Shown one piece after another: positions 1-8,094 of a stretch of 64,000 bases of DNA. Source of the DNA: Candidatus Acidiferrales bacterium (GTDB lineage Bacteria; Bacteroidota; Ignavibacteria; Kryptoniales; JAKASW01); contig DATJAY010000035.1 in assembly GCA_035515795.1 (NCBI GenBank), positions 220,048-284,047 on the forward strand, given 5' to 3'. The notes below the pieces were generated by a model that saw nothing but the letters and a program-made list of their open reading frames with translations, made no database searches and had not been told where the DNA came from. Positions within the stretch are counted from its first letter, which is position 1. Each line of letters starts with the position of its first letter. Both the position numbers and the translations under genes were made by a program.

Positions 1-893
1 GCATCCCGGTCATAATTTTGACCGCAAACTCCAAGGACGCGAAAAGCATCGAAGAAGGTTTTACACTCGGGGCAGACGAATACCTGACGAAACCCATAGA
101 ACAGGATGAGTTGATCGCAAGAGTCAGATCGATACTCCGTGCGGTCAAAGCGGAACAAGATCTCGAGCAGTTGAAAGCCGATTTCCAGTCTATGCTGGTT
201 CACGATCTCCGCAGCCCGCTGTCCGTGATCATCGGAGTTCTTGAGTTGGCTGCAAACGGAGAGTTCGATAAGAATCCTGTTGACCTGAAGGAATTCCTGG
301 GGTCCGCTCTGGATACTTCTCAAAAGATGCTGACCTTAATAAACGACATTCTCGATGTCGCGAAGCTAGAGGCCGGCAAACTCCAGTTAAACAAACAGCC
401 GAATGATTTCAATGTGGTAGTCGGCAGCGCCGTAGCCCGGTTGAAGGTTCTCGCGCGAGAAAAAGAAATTTCATTGACAATTCGAGAGGAAAAAAATATC
501 CCCATCTGCGAATTCGACAGCGGAAAACTCGAACAGGTCGTGACGAATCTTGTAAGCAATGCCATTAAGTTTACCCCAAAAGATGGAACAGTAAACATCA
601 GAACTTACGTCAAGCACTTTGACGACGAAGTCCCCGGATTGAAGGGCGATTATGCCGCGTTAGATGTCGAAGACACGGGCGTTGGAATTTCGTCAGATGA
701 GATACCGCTTATTTTTGATCGTTATAGACAAGTCAAGAGTGCACAGGCATCAAAGCAAAAAGGTACCGGGCTAGGTCTCACGATTGTCAAACGCGTGACG
801 GAAGCCCACGGCGGAAAAGTATTTGTCGAATCTTCTTTAGGTAGAGGGACGAGATTTAGCGTCGTCATACCGCTGAGCGGCGAGAAAAAGTAA
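1..893 (+). CDS. Hybrid sensor histidine kinase, 5'-truncated by the window edge (end of receiver domain + HisKA + HATPase_c)
   Basis: Frame 3 is open from nt 3 (IPVIILTANSKD.., receiver-like). H-box MLVHDLRSPL. ATPase boxes NLVSNAIKFTP, DTGVGI, GTGLGLTIVK. TAA stop at 891-893. Confidence 0.85.
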   Translation, partial: IPVIILTANSKDAKSIEEGFTLGADEYLTKPIEQDELIARVRSILRAVKAEQDLEQLKADFQSMLVHDLRSPLSVIIGVLELAANGEFDKNPVDLKEFLGSALDTSQKMLTLINDILDVAKLEAGKLQLNKQPNDFNVVVGSAVARLKVLAREKEISLTIREEKNIPICEFDSGKLEQVVTNLVSNAIKFTPKDGTVNIRTYVKHFDDEVPGLKGDYAALDVEDTGVGISSDEIPLIFDRYRQVKSAQASKQKGTGLGLTIVKRVTEAHGGKVFVESSLGRGTRFSVVIPLSGEKK

Positions 894-980
894 GGCAAAT
901 TAGAATTCCCTCAGCTAAGTTCTAAGGGTTAAACATATTCTTCTGTAGAACCATTTTGAAAATGATCGGGAAACGAATCT

Positions 981-2081
981 TTGATTGACGTTCGTCCACT
1001 TTTGAGATTGTCCATGGTGCAGGGAATCGGCGCTGCACGACTCCGCTCACTCGTAAACCATTTCGGGGATCCGGAATCGGTTCTCAATGCGACCGAACGC
1101 GAGTTGATCAATGTCGACGGAATTGACCGCGCACTTGCCCGAAGAATCATATCAGAGGAGGATTTCGAAGAGAAAATACAGCTTCAGCTTTCCAGGCTCA
1201 ACAAGTCGGAAGCGAGAATTGTAACTTTTTGGGACAAGGAATATCCGGAGAATCTGAAAAAAATCTATGACCCACCGGTGATGCTTTTCGTCAGAGGCCA
1301 GCTATCGAGCTCCGACAAGTATTCGATTGCTGTTGTCGGAACCAGAAATCCGACACCTTACGGCAGGCACGTGGCGGAAAAATTTTCGGCTGAAATTGCG
1401 GAATACGGAATTGTGGTCGTCTCGGGTTTGGCTCGAGGTATCGACACGATCGCCCATGCGACAACAGTCCGCTCGGGTGGAAGAACAATTGCGGTTCTCG
1501 GGAGCGGCGTGGACGTCATATATCCCAGCGAGAACAAAAGACTCGCCGAACAAATATTTGTCAGCGGTGCAATCATTTCCGAATACTACATGGGTTCAAA
1601 ACCGGACGCGGTCAATTTCCCGCGCCGAAATAGAATCATAAGCGGGATTTCACTCGGGACAATTTTAGTCGAGACCGCCGCGGATGGCGGCGCGATGATT
1701 ACTGCAAGCTTCGCACTCGATCAGAACAGAGAAGTGTTCGCTGTTCCAGGACAGATATTTGAAAGAAAATGTGAGGGCACAAACAAGCTCATACAAGAAG
1801 GCCGGGCAAAACTCGTCGGGAATATCGCTGACGTCGTGGATGAGCTTCGCTACAAACTCAAACCTATTTTGAAGGACCAGCAGAGACCTCCCGCAAAGAT
1901 ACAACTCTCGATATTCGAACAAAAAATATTCGATGCCATATCCGACGATCCTGTTCATGTTGATGTCCTCGCCGACAAATGCGAAATTTCAACATCCGAT
2001 ATACTGGTACAATTGCTCAGCCTCGAATTGAAAGGAGTTGTTAAGCAATTGCCGGGTAAGTATTTTATAAAATGCGGATGA
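981..2081 (+). CDS. dprA: DNA processing protein DprA (Smf)
   Basis: 366-aa ORF with TTG start. Motifs AVVGTRNPTPYG, SGLARGIDTIAH, AVLGSGVDVIYPSEN, FPRRNRIISG are typical of DprA. Confidence 0.9.
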   Translation: MIDVRPLLRLSMVQGIGAARLRSLVNHFGDPESVLNATERELINVDGIDRALARRIISEEDFEEKIQLQLSRLNKSEARIVTFWDKEYPENLKKIYDPPVMLFVRGQLSSSDKYSIAVVGTRNPTPYGRHVAEKFSAEIAEYGIVVVSGLARGIDTIAHATTVRSGGRTIAVLGSGVDVIYPSENKRLAEQIFVSGAIISEYYMGSKPDAVNFPRRNRIISGISLGTILVETAADGGAMITASFALDQNREVFAVPGQIFERKCEGTNKLIQEGRAKLVGNIADVVDELRYKLKPILKDQQRPPAKIQLSIFEQKIFDAISDDPVHVDVLADKCEISTSDILVQLLSLELKGVVKQLPGKYFIKCG

Positions 2082-2178
2082 CGTGAGAGGCGCCAAGTAT
2101 TTGAGAAGCAATGTTGAATTCTATACTCAATGTTCCTTGCGCTTCACTTATCGATCATATTAAATGAAAAGGAATTGA

Positions 2179-3168
2179 ATGATAATCGTTACCGGCGGAG
2201 CGGGATTCATCGGAAGCGCAATAGTCTGGAGATTGAACCAGCTCGGAAATGACAATATCATCATCGTTGACAACTTAGGAACCGACGAAAAATGGAGGAA
2301 CTTGGTTCCACTAAAATTCCGTGACTACATAGAGAAGGATGACTTCCTTGATCTCATCGCGAACAGCAAACTGGGCATGCGGCATGGCAAAAACAAAGTC
2401 GATGCAATCATACACATGGGTGCATGCTCCTCGACGACGGAGCGAGACGCGACCTTCCTTATCCAGAATAATTTTGAATACACAAAGCAGCTTGCGATTG
2501 CCGCAGACAAATTGAGTGCGCGTTTCATCTATGCCTCAAGCGCAGCGACATACGGCGACGGAACGGGCGGGTTCGACGACAATGAGAAAAAAATAGATCG
2601 GCTTCGACCGCTCAACATGTACGGCTATTCAAAGCAACTTTTTGACAAATGGGCGTCCCAAAACGACATGTTCGGCAGAATCGTGGGATTAAAATATTTC
2701 AATGTCTTTGGTCCTAACGAGTACCACAAAGGCGATATGCGCTCCATGGTGCTGAAAGGTTTCGAGCAAATAAAATCTTCCGGAAAGATAAAGCTCTTCA
2801 AATCCTATCGGAAAGATTACAAAAACGGCGAACAGGTGCGCGATTTCTTGTATGTGAAAGATGCAGTCGAGATGACCCTCTTCTTTCTGGAAAATCGCGA
2901 TGCGGGCGGTTTGTTTAATATCGGGAGCGGAGCTGCAAATTCATGGAACGGTTTGGCATCTGCGATTTTTAAGTCGCTGGGTAAACCTAAAAAGATTGAG
3001 TATATAGAGATGCCCGACGCCATAAAAGAGAAATATCAATATCACACCTGCGCGGACATCTCTAAGCTGCTTGAAGCAGGTTTTGTAAAGCCATTGACAA
3101 GTCTCGAAAATGCCGTATCGGATTACGTGAAGAATTACCTGATGAGTGAAAAGAGACTAGGAGAGTAA
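2179..3168 (+). CDS. hldD: ADP-L-glycero-D-manno-heptose 6-epimerase
   Basis: SD AAAGGA upstream. MIIVTGGAGFIGS Rossmann N-terminus, ACSSTTE, YASSAATYG, YGYSK, KYFNVFGPNEYHKG. Near-collinear with recalled E. coli HldD/RfaD. Confidence 0.85.
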   Translation: MIIVTGGAGFIGSAIVWRLNQLGNDNIIIVDNLGTDEKWRNLVPLKFRDYIEKDDFLDLIANSKLGMRHGKNKVDAIIHMGACSSTTERDATFLIQNNFEYTKQLAIAADKLSARFIYASSAATYGDGTGGFDDNEKKIDRLRPLNMYGYSKQLFDKWASQNDMFGRIVGLKYFNVFGPNEYHKGDMRSMVLKGFEQIKSSGKIKLFKSYRKDYKNGEQVRDFLYVKDAVEMTLFFLENRDAGGLFNIGSGAANSWNGLASAIFKSLGKPKKIEYIEMPDAIKEKYQYHTCADISKLLEAGFVKPLTSLENAVSDYVKNYLMSEKRLGE

Positions 3169-3282
3169 GATTTTCGTTATTTGCACTCCTTCACCTGTCG
3201 TGTTAAATTGTAACTGAAGAAATTTAAATCTGCGTATTTTGGGAAGAATTTAAGCTTTCTCCAAGTTCGCGAATGCATAATC

Positions 3283-3356
3283 GGGGCAGTAGCTCAGTTT
3301 GGGAGAGCGCCAGAATCGCACTCTGGAGGTCGGGGGTTCGACTCCCCTCTGCTCCA
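3283..3356 (+). tRNA. tRNA-Ala (anticodon CGC)
   Basis: Hand-folded cloverleaf. Acceptor GGGGCAG/CTGCTCC contains the G3:U70 alanine identity pair. D arm GCTC..GAGC. Anticodon stem CCAGA/TCTGG with loop ATCGCAC. T arm GGGGG-TTCGACT-CCCCT. No encoded CCA. Confidence 0.9.
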
Positions 3357-3432
3357 CGCTTCAAAGTTCATTGGTTCGTTGCCAATGATCGTCAGAGGAT
3401 TATTGTTGTCCTTTGAAAATTGAATAGAGTTC

Positions 3433-3538
3433 TTTGAGGTCAAGTCCTGTGCAACGGAAGGTTGCCGAACCCCGCCAGGTCCGGAAGGAAGCAACGGTAA
3501 GCGTATTGACCGTGTGACACAGTAAGCTTGACCTCAAA
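3433..3538 (+). ncRNA. ffs: Signal recognition particle RNA (small bacterial 4.5S type)
   Basis: Long hairpin closed by TTGAGGTCAAG / CTTGACCTCAA. The apical segment CCAGGTCCGGAAGGAAGCAACGG matches the conserved helix-8 GGAA tetraloop region of 4.5S RNA (E. coli CCAGGUCAGGUCCGGAAGGAAGCAGCC, recalled). Followed by an A/T-rich tract. Confidence 0.8.
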
Positions 3539-4127
3539 AAAAATTCTGATCTATTTTTTCGATAGCCTGGGAAGTCGCGGGCTAAAAAAGTTTTTTCACT
3601 TACTGGTACAAAGTTGTTTAATAAACACGGCGCATTCGGCCAAACACGGGAAATCAAAATAGAATTTATAACTCTGTTAGGCCTCATTGCCGCCTTTTTT
3701 CCAGATTATTCAGATTCAAATTTCGGGAATGAAACCTTCCCGTATCGGTACGACGGTGTCGTGCCTGAAAAATTTTTAAAATTATTTTTTAAAACCGTTG
3801 GAGTCGTAAGAGACTGCGTCCGGAGTTTTAGCCCCCATTGGAAGGTTGCCTGTGGGGAGAAAAGTGTAATGTATTATCCAGAAGAATCGTCCGGGGACCA
3901 ATTCAAAGAAAATCATAATTTGTCTTTAGTTGTCCTATTCTTTTCATTTGCCCGTGATGGGTATACATTCAAGAAGAATGGAACCTCCAAATGGAGCCAT
4001 TCGGGAAAAGACGAGAATCCCCATCTTAAATGTTTACATCACTACTCTGGAAGAACACCGTTGAGCCGGCACCAAACCAGCCGCAATTCGGCCTGCAGCC
4101 TCCCTCCGCTTAAAGAGATAGGTCATT

Positions 4128-5765
4128 ATGAAAAAGGAGATTATTATTAATGAGACTGCCGATCAGATCCGTATTGCTATTACAGAGGACGGCAGGCTCG
4201 CGGAAATTTTTGTCGAGTCGCCCGGAAAAGAACGGATGGTGGGAGATATCCACCTCGGTAGGATCGCCAGGGTTATGCCCGGAATCAGGGCGGCTTTTAT
4301 CGACATCGGTCAAAAGCAAGATGCGTTTCTGCATTTTTCGGACATAGATCCGAATACAAGCGAATATTCTTCGCTGATAGGCGACGAAGAACCTGAAATC
4401 GACGACGGAGAGGACGACGATGAGGGTGTCGCTGTTCCGACAACATCCGGGCCATCCGGATCTCAGAATGGTTCCCGCCAACCTGAACGGACCCCTTCGG
4501 GGCAAACAATGCAGAGGCCGCAGCGACCCTCACAAAGGGAAATACATCTCGAGCGCGGACATAGCATCATAGTCCAGGTTACAAAGGAGCCCATAGGGAA
4601 AAAGGGCGTCCGCGTGACGAGCAAGGTTTCCCTCCCGGGAAGATATTTGGTGCTTCTTCCATTTGATGGACGGATAGGTGCGTCAAAGAAGCTTTACAAC
4701 TTTAAGGAAAAAAAGAGACTCAAGAGAATTGTAAGAAGTATGCTTCCTGAAGGCTTCGGTCTCATTATAAGAACGGTGGCGGAGGGGAAAGACGAGGAAC
4801 TTCTAAAAAACGATCTAGAACAACTCATAAAAACCTGGCGTGAGATCGAGAAGAGTGTAAAGACCGATCAACCACCGGTATTGCTCTACAAAGATTTGTC
4901 CACCGTTTCAAGCGTCATCAGGGACCTCTTCAACAATGAAGTTCAGAGAGTCGTGACTGATTCGCGCCGACTCTACAAGGAGATCACTACTTACGTAAAG
5001 TGGTTTTCCCCTACACTAGCCGATAAAATCGAATTCTATCGCGGCAGGACGCCTATCTTTGATGTCTTTGGGGTTGCCAAAGATATGCAGGAGTCACTCG
5101 GAAGACGAGTCGCATTGAAATCAGGCGGATATCTTGTCATAGATACAACCGAGGCGATGACTGTCATCGATGTGAACAGCGGACGATACGCTGCGAACAA
5201 GGAACAAGAGCAGAACTCACTTCGTACAAATCTTGAAGCCTCACGCGAGATCATAAGGCAACTCAGACTGCGCGACATCGGAGGAATAATCGTGGTCGAC
5301 TTTATCGATCTGGAGGAGGAGCGAAATAAGAGAAAGGTCTATGACGAACTCAGGAGAGAGTTCCGTCATGACAGGGCAAAGGCAACTGTTCTTCCAATGA
5401 CGGAGTTCGGACTGGTCCAAATTACGAGACAAAGAATCCGCCAGAGCATTATGCAATCATTTAGCGAGACGTGTCCGGTATGCGCGGGAACCGGCATAGT
5501 CCAAAGCAGGGCAACGATTCTTACGGAGATATCCGCCTGGCTGGGAAGATTTAAATCCGAAGGCCGCGGCCGCAGGATCAAGCTTGCCGTAAGTCCGTAC
5601 ATCGCATCTTATTTGAAAGAAGGCAAGCCAAGCCATATAATGAGTTTGATGTGGAAAAACAAAATTCTGATAAAATTAGAACCGAATCCCACGTTGCCCG
5701 TAAATACATTCAAGATATTCTCCATATCCGAGAAAAGAGATATAACCGAGGAATTTAGAAGTTAA
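4128..5765 (+). CDS. rng: Rne/Rng-family ribonuclease (RNase G/E catalytic domain)
   Basis: 545 aa. S1-domain start GDIHLGRIARVMPGIRAAFIDIG..DAFLHFSDI, then VTKEPIGKKGVRVTS, DVNSGR, IGGIIVVDFID, and Zn-link CPVCAGTG. Confidence 0.9.
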   Translation: MKKEIIINETADQIRIAITEDGRLAEIFVESPGKERMVGDIHLGRIARVMPGIRAAFIDIGQKQDAFLHFSDIDPNTSEYSSLIGDEEPEIDDGEDDDEGVAVPTTSGPSGSQNGSRQPERTPSGQTMQRPQRPSQREIHLERGHSIIVQVTKEPIGKKGVRVTSKVSLPGRYLVLLPFDGRIGASKKLYNFKEKKRLKRIVRSMLPEGFGLIIRTVAEGKDEELLKNDLEQLIKTWREIEKSVKTDQPPVLLYKDLSTVSSVIRDLFNNEVQRVVTDSRRLYKEITTYVKWFSPTLADKIEFYRGRTPIFDVFGVAKDMQESLGRRVALKSGGYLVIDTTEAMTVIDVNSGRYAANKEQEQNSLRTNLEASREIIRQLRLRDIGGIIVVDFIDLEEERNKRKVYDELRREFRHDRAKATVLPMTEFGLVQITRQRIRQSIMQSFSETCPVCAGTGIVQSRATILTEISAWLGRFKSEGRGRRIKLAVSPYIASYLKEGKPSHIMSLMWKNKILIKLEPNPTLPVNTFKIFSISEKRDITEEFRS

Positions 5766-5868
5766 TTGGTGTTGAGTCGCCATTAAGGACGCGGATTACA
5801 CTACGACGGCAACGACCAAATGGAATTATCAGCTGCAGCAATCTTTTTAAAGCGGGATAGTGGAACGG

Positions 5869-5890
5869 TAAAGACAGAGTCTTTATTTTA
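5869..5890 (+). terminator. Weak hairpin plus T-tract downstream of rng
   Basis: TAAAGAC-aga-GTCTTTA followed by TTTTA, about 100 nt after the rng stop. Confidence 0.35.
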
Positions 5891-5956
5891 CAGGAAGAAC
5901 CATATCAAAAAAAGAAACTCGATTTTTCCGAATTTTTAAAAGCTTAGGTGCGATCG

Positions 5957-6394
5957 ATGAACAACCATGAGATCAAGATGTATCCTAAGAAAAGGATTGC
6001 CCTTGTGGCCCATGATAACAAGAAAAAAGAATTGCTGGAATGGGCGGAATATAACAAGGACATATTGAAGCAGCACGAACTTTTTGCGACCGGCACATCG
6101 GGCAAAATGGTCTCGGATGCGACCGGCATGAAAATAAAGAGAATGCTCAGCGGTCCGGTCGGCGGCGATCAGGAAATCGGCGCTAGAATCGCCGAGGGCA
6201 AGATCGATATTCTGATTTTCTTTTGGGACCCGCTCGAGCCCCAGCCTCATGATCCCGATGTGAAAGCCTTGCTGCGTATAGCGGTGCTGTGGAACATACC
6301 CGTAGCATGCAACAAGGCTTCCGCAGATTTCCTGATCTCATCTTCATTGTTTCACTCCGAATACAAAAGAAAAGTGATCTTGAATGTCAGGTAA
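5957..6394 (+). CDS. mgsA: Methylglyoxal synthase
   Basis: [61 protein letters not shown] are collinear with recalled E. coli MgsA. The ATG at 5957 has an AGGTG SD. The ORF track starts at GTG 5948. Confidence 0.9.
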   Translation: MNNHEIKMYPKKRIALVAHDNKKKELLEWAEYNKDILKQHELFATGTSGKMVSDATGMKIKRMLSGPVGGDQEIGARIAEGKIDILIFFWDPLEPQPHDPDVKALLRIAVLWNIPVACNKASADFLISSSLFHSEYKRKVILNVR

Positions 6395-6468
6395 ATAACC
6401 GCATCTTTCAATTTTCTCAGCGAGTTAATAAATTTTAGTTCGAAAAATTAATTAAAAGGAGTCAGTGT

Positions 6469-7626
6469 ATGCGAATCGGAATTCTAACCGGCGGCGGTGA
6501 TGTCCCGGGTTTAAATCCCTGTATCAAGGCGGCGGTCTATCGAGCCGAAGATGCAGGTGTTGAAATTTTCGGAATAAGACGCGGCTGGGCTGGATTGTTA
6601 TATTACAATTTGGATTCAAAAGATAATAATGAATGGATTATTTCGCTTAACAAACAGAACACTCGGACAGTTGACCGGTCCGGCGGAACATTTCTTCATA
6701 CCTCGAGAACAAATCCGGGTAAAGTAAAACCGAAAGATGTTCCTGAATTTCTCAAAGATCCCAAGAGTCCCGCAAAGAAAGATGACCCTCCTCTCGATTT
6801 CACACCTCACGTGCTGAAGGTTCTCGAAAAGTTGAAGATTGACGCTCTTCTTCCGATCGGTGGAGACGACACACTGAGTTTCGGAGTCCGACTTCATAAA
6901 GAAGGTTTCCCTGTTGTGGCGATTCCCAAAACTATGGACAACGACGTGTATGGAACTGACTATTGCATCGGTTTTTCAACCGCGGTGACTCGAAGCGTAA
7001 ATTTCATAACGGCGCTGCGAACACCCGCAGGCTCGCATGAGCGTATTGCTGTCGTCGAGCTTTTCGGAAGAAATTCCGGTGAGACATCATTGATTTCTGC
7101 GTACTTAGCCGGTGTCGATAGAGCAATTATCTCCGAAGTGCCATTCGATCCTGAGAAGTTAGCAAAACTCCTTCTCGATGATAAGAAAAGGAATCCGAGC
7201 GACTACGCGATCATGACCATCTCAGAAGGCGCTCAAATGACTGCCGGCAAAATTATCGAATATGGTGAGGCGGATGCATATGGGCACAAAAAACTCGGAG
7301 GCATCGGGCAAATTACGGGTGATGCGCTCAAACAGATAACCGGTTCAGATATTATTTACCAACAGGTGGCTTACCTCATGCGTAGCGGCGAACCCGACGC
7401 GTTGGACAGAATGGTTGCTATAAGTTATGCGAACTTGGCGACAGATCTGGTAATAAGAAAAGAATTGGGTAGAATGGTTGCCTTAAGAGAAGGCAAATAT
7501 ACACACATACCTCTCAGTAACATCACAGAAGGCTTGAAGCGAGTTGACGTTGGCGAACTTTATGATGCGGAATCCTATAAGCCAAAAGTCGCTCACATTC
7601 TCAACAAGCCGATGTTCTTATACTAA
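6469..7626 (+). CDS. pfp: 6-phosphofructokinase, predicted pyrophosphate-dependent type
   Basis: [30 protein letters not shown] and IPKTMDNDV. The Asp in GGDD and the Lys in PKT are the residues reported to distinguish PPi- from ATP-dependent PFKs. Confidence 0.8.
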   Translation: MRIGILTGGGDVPGLNPCIKAAVYRAEDAGVEIFGIRRGWAGLLYYNLDSKDNNEWIISLNKQNTRTVDRSGGTFLHTSRTNPGKVKPKDVPEFLKDPKSPAKKDDPPLDFTPHVLKVLEKLKIDALLPIGGDDTLSFGVRLHKEGFPVVAIPKTMDNDVYGTDYCIGFSTAVTRSVNFITALRTPAGSHERIAVVELFGRNSGETSLISAYLAGVDRAIISEVPFDPEKLAKLLLDDKKRNPSDYAIMTISEGAQMTAGKIIEYGEADAYGHKKLGGIGQITGDALKQITGSDIIYQQVAYLMRSGEPDALDRMVAISYANLATDLVIRKELGRMVALREGKYTHIPLSNITEGLKRVDVGELYDAESYKPKVAHILNKPMFLY

Positions 7627-7650
7627 GAATCAAACTAAAGGATATCTTAC

Positions 7651-7685
7651 GGCGGAACGGAAGGTTTTTGTTCCGCCTTTTTTCT
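7651..7685 (+). terminator. Rho-independent terminator after pfp
   Basis: GGCGGAAC - 11-nt loop - GTTCCGCC followed by TTTTTTTC. Confidence 0.7.
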
Positions 7686-8035
7686 TTTCGGAAAAGTCTG
7701 GGGACTACAGGTCAAGAACCAAGTCCAGCCTCTTATCGCGACATTCGCGGCTTATTCTCGGCCTTCGCACTCTCAATCATTTTAACTCATGCGCGCTCCA
7801 GTGGTTCTCAATTGTCTCGTGAACTTCGTGCGTACCAACTTTCAGCCAGGCATGACTTCGCCGAGTGATATCTGATGGATAGGCTTGTCTCCTGTCCTAA
7901 AATGCCCAAAAAGGGGTAGATGTCCTTCTCTCTGTTGAATTATTCAACGAGGAACTAGTTGGTGTACTTCTTTTTTCGGCGATTTTTCAACTCCTTCAGC
8001 GTTGACAATTGGCACTATTCTTGCCCCACTAACGC

Positions 8036-8063
8036 TTGACGATTTTTGAAAATTCCGTATCAA
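8036..8063 (+). promoter_or_regulatory. Candidate sigma70-like promoter of the cytochrome gene
   Basis: TTGACG - 16 nt - TATCAA, about 30 nt upstream of the ATG at 8095. Pattern match only. Confidence 0.3.
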
Positions 8064-8094
8064 TACAAATAGCATAAAAAAGGAGAATTAAGCT

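Noticed and set aside
3294-3687. Minus-strand ORFs 3294-3494 and 3400-3687 from the ORF track.
   Set aside because: They run antisense through the tRNA-Ala and SRP RNA genes. These are artefacts of structured RNA sequence.
3614-4150. 178-codon plus-strand ORF upstream of rng.
   Set aside because: It has a TTG start without SD, non-protein-like composition and an overlap with the rng start. An ORF of this length is expected by chance a few times in a six-frame scan of 64 kb.
7690-8094. Short broken minus-strand reading frames (e.g. ..HAWLKVGTHEVHETIENHWSAHELK) that might be a gene remnant upstream of the cytochrome gene.
   Set aside because: I could not match them to any family. The fragments are under 45 codons and may be chance.
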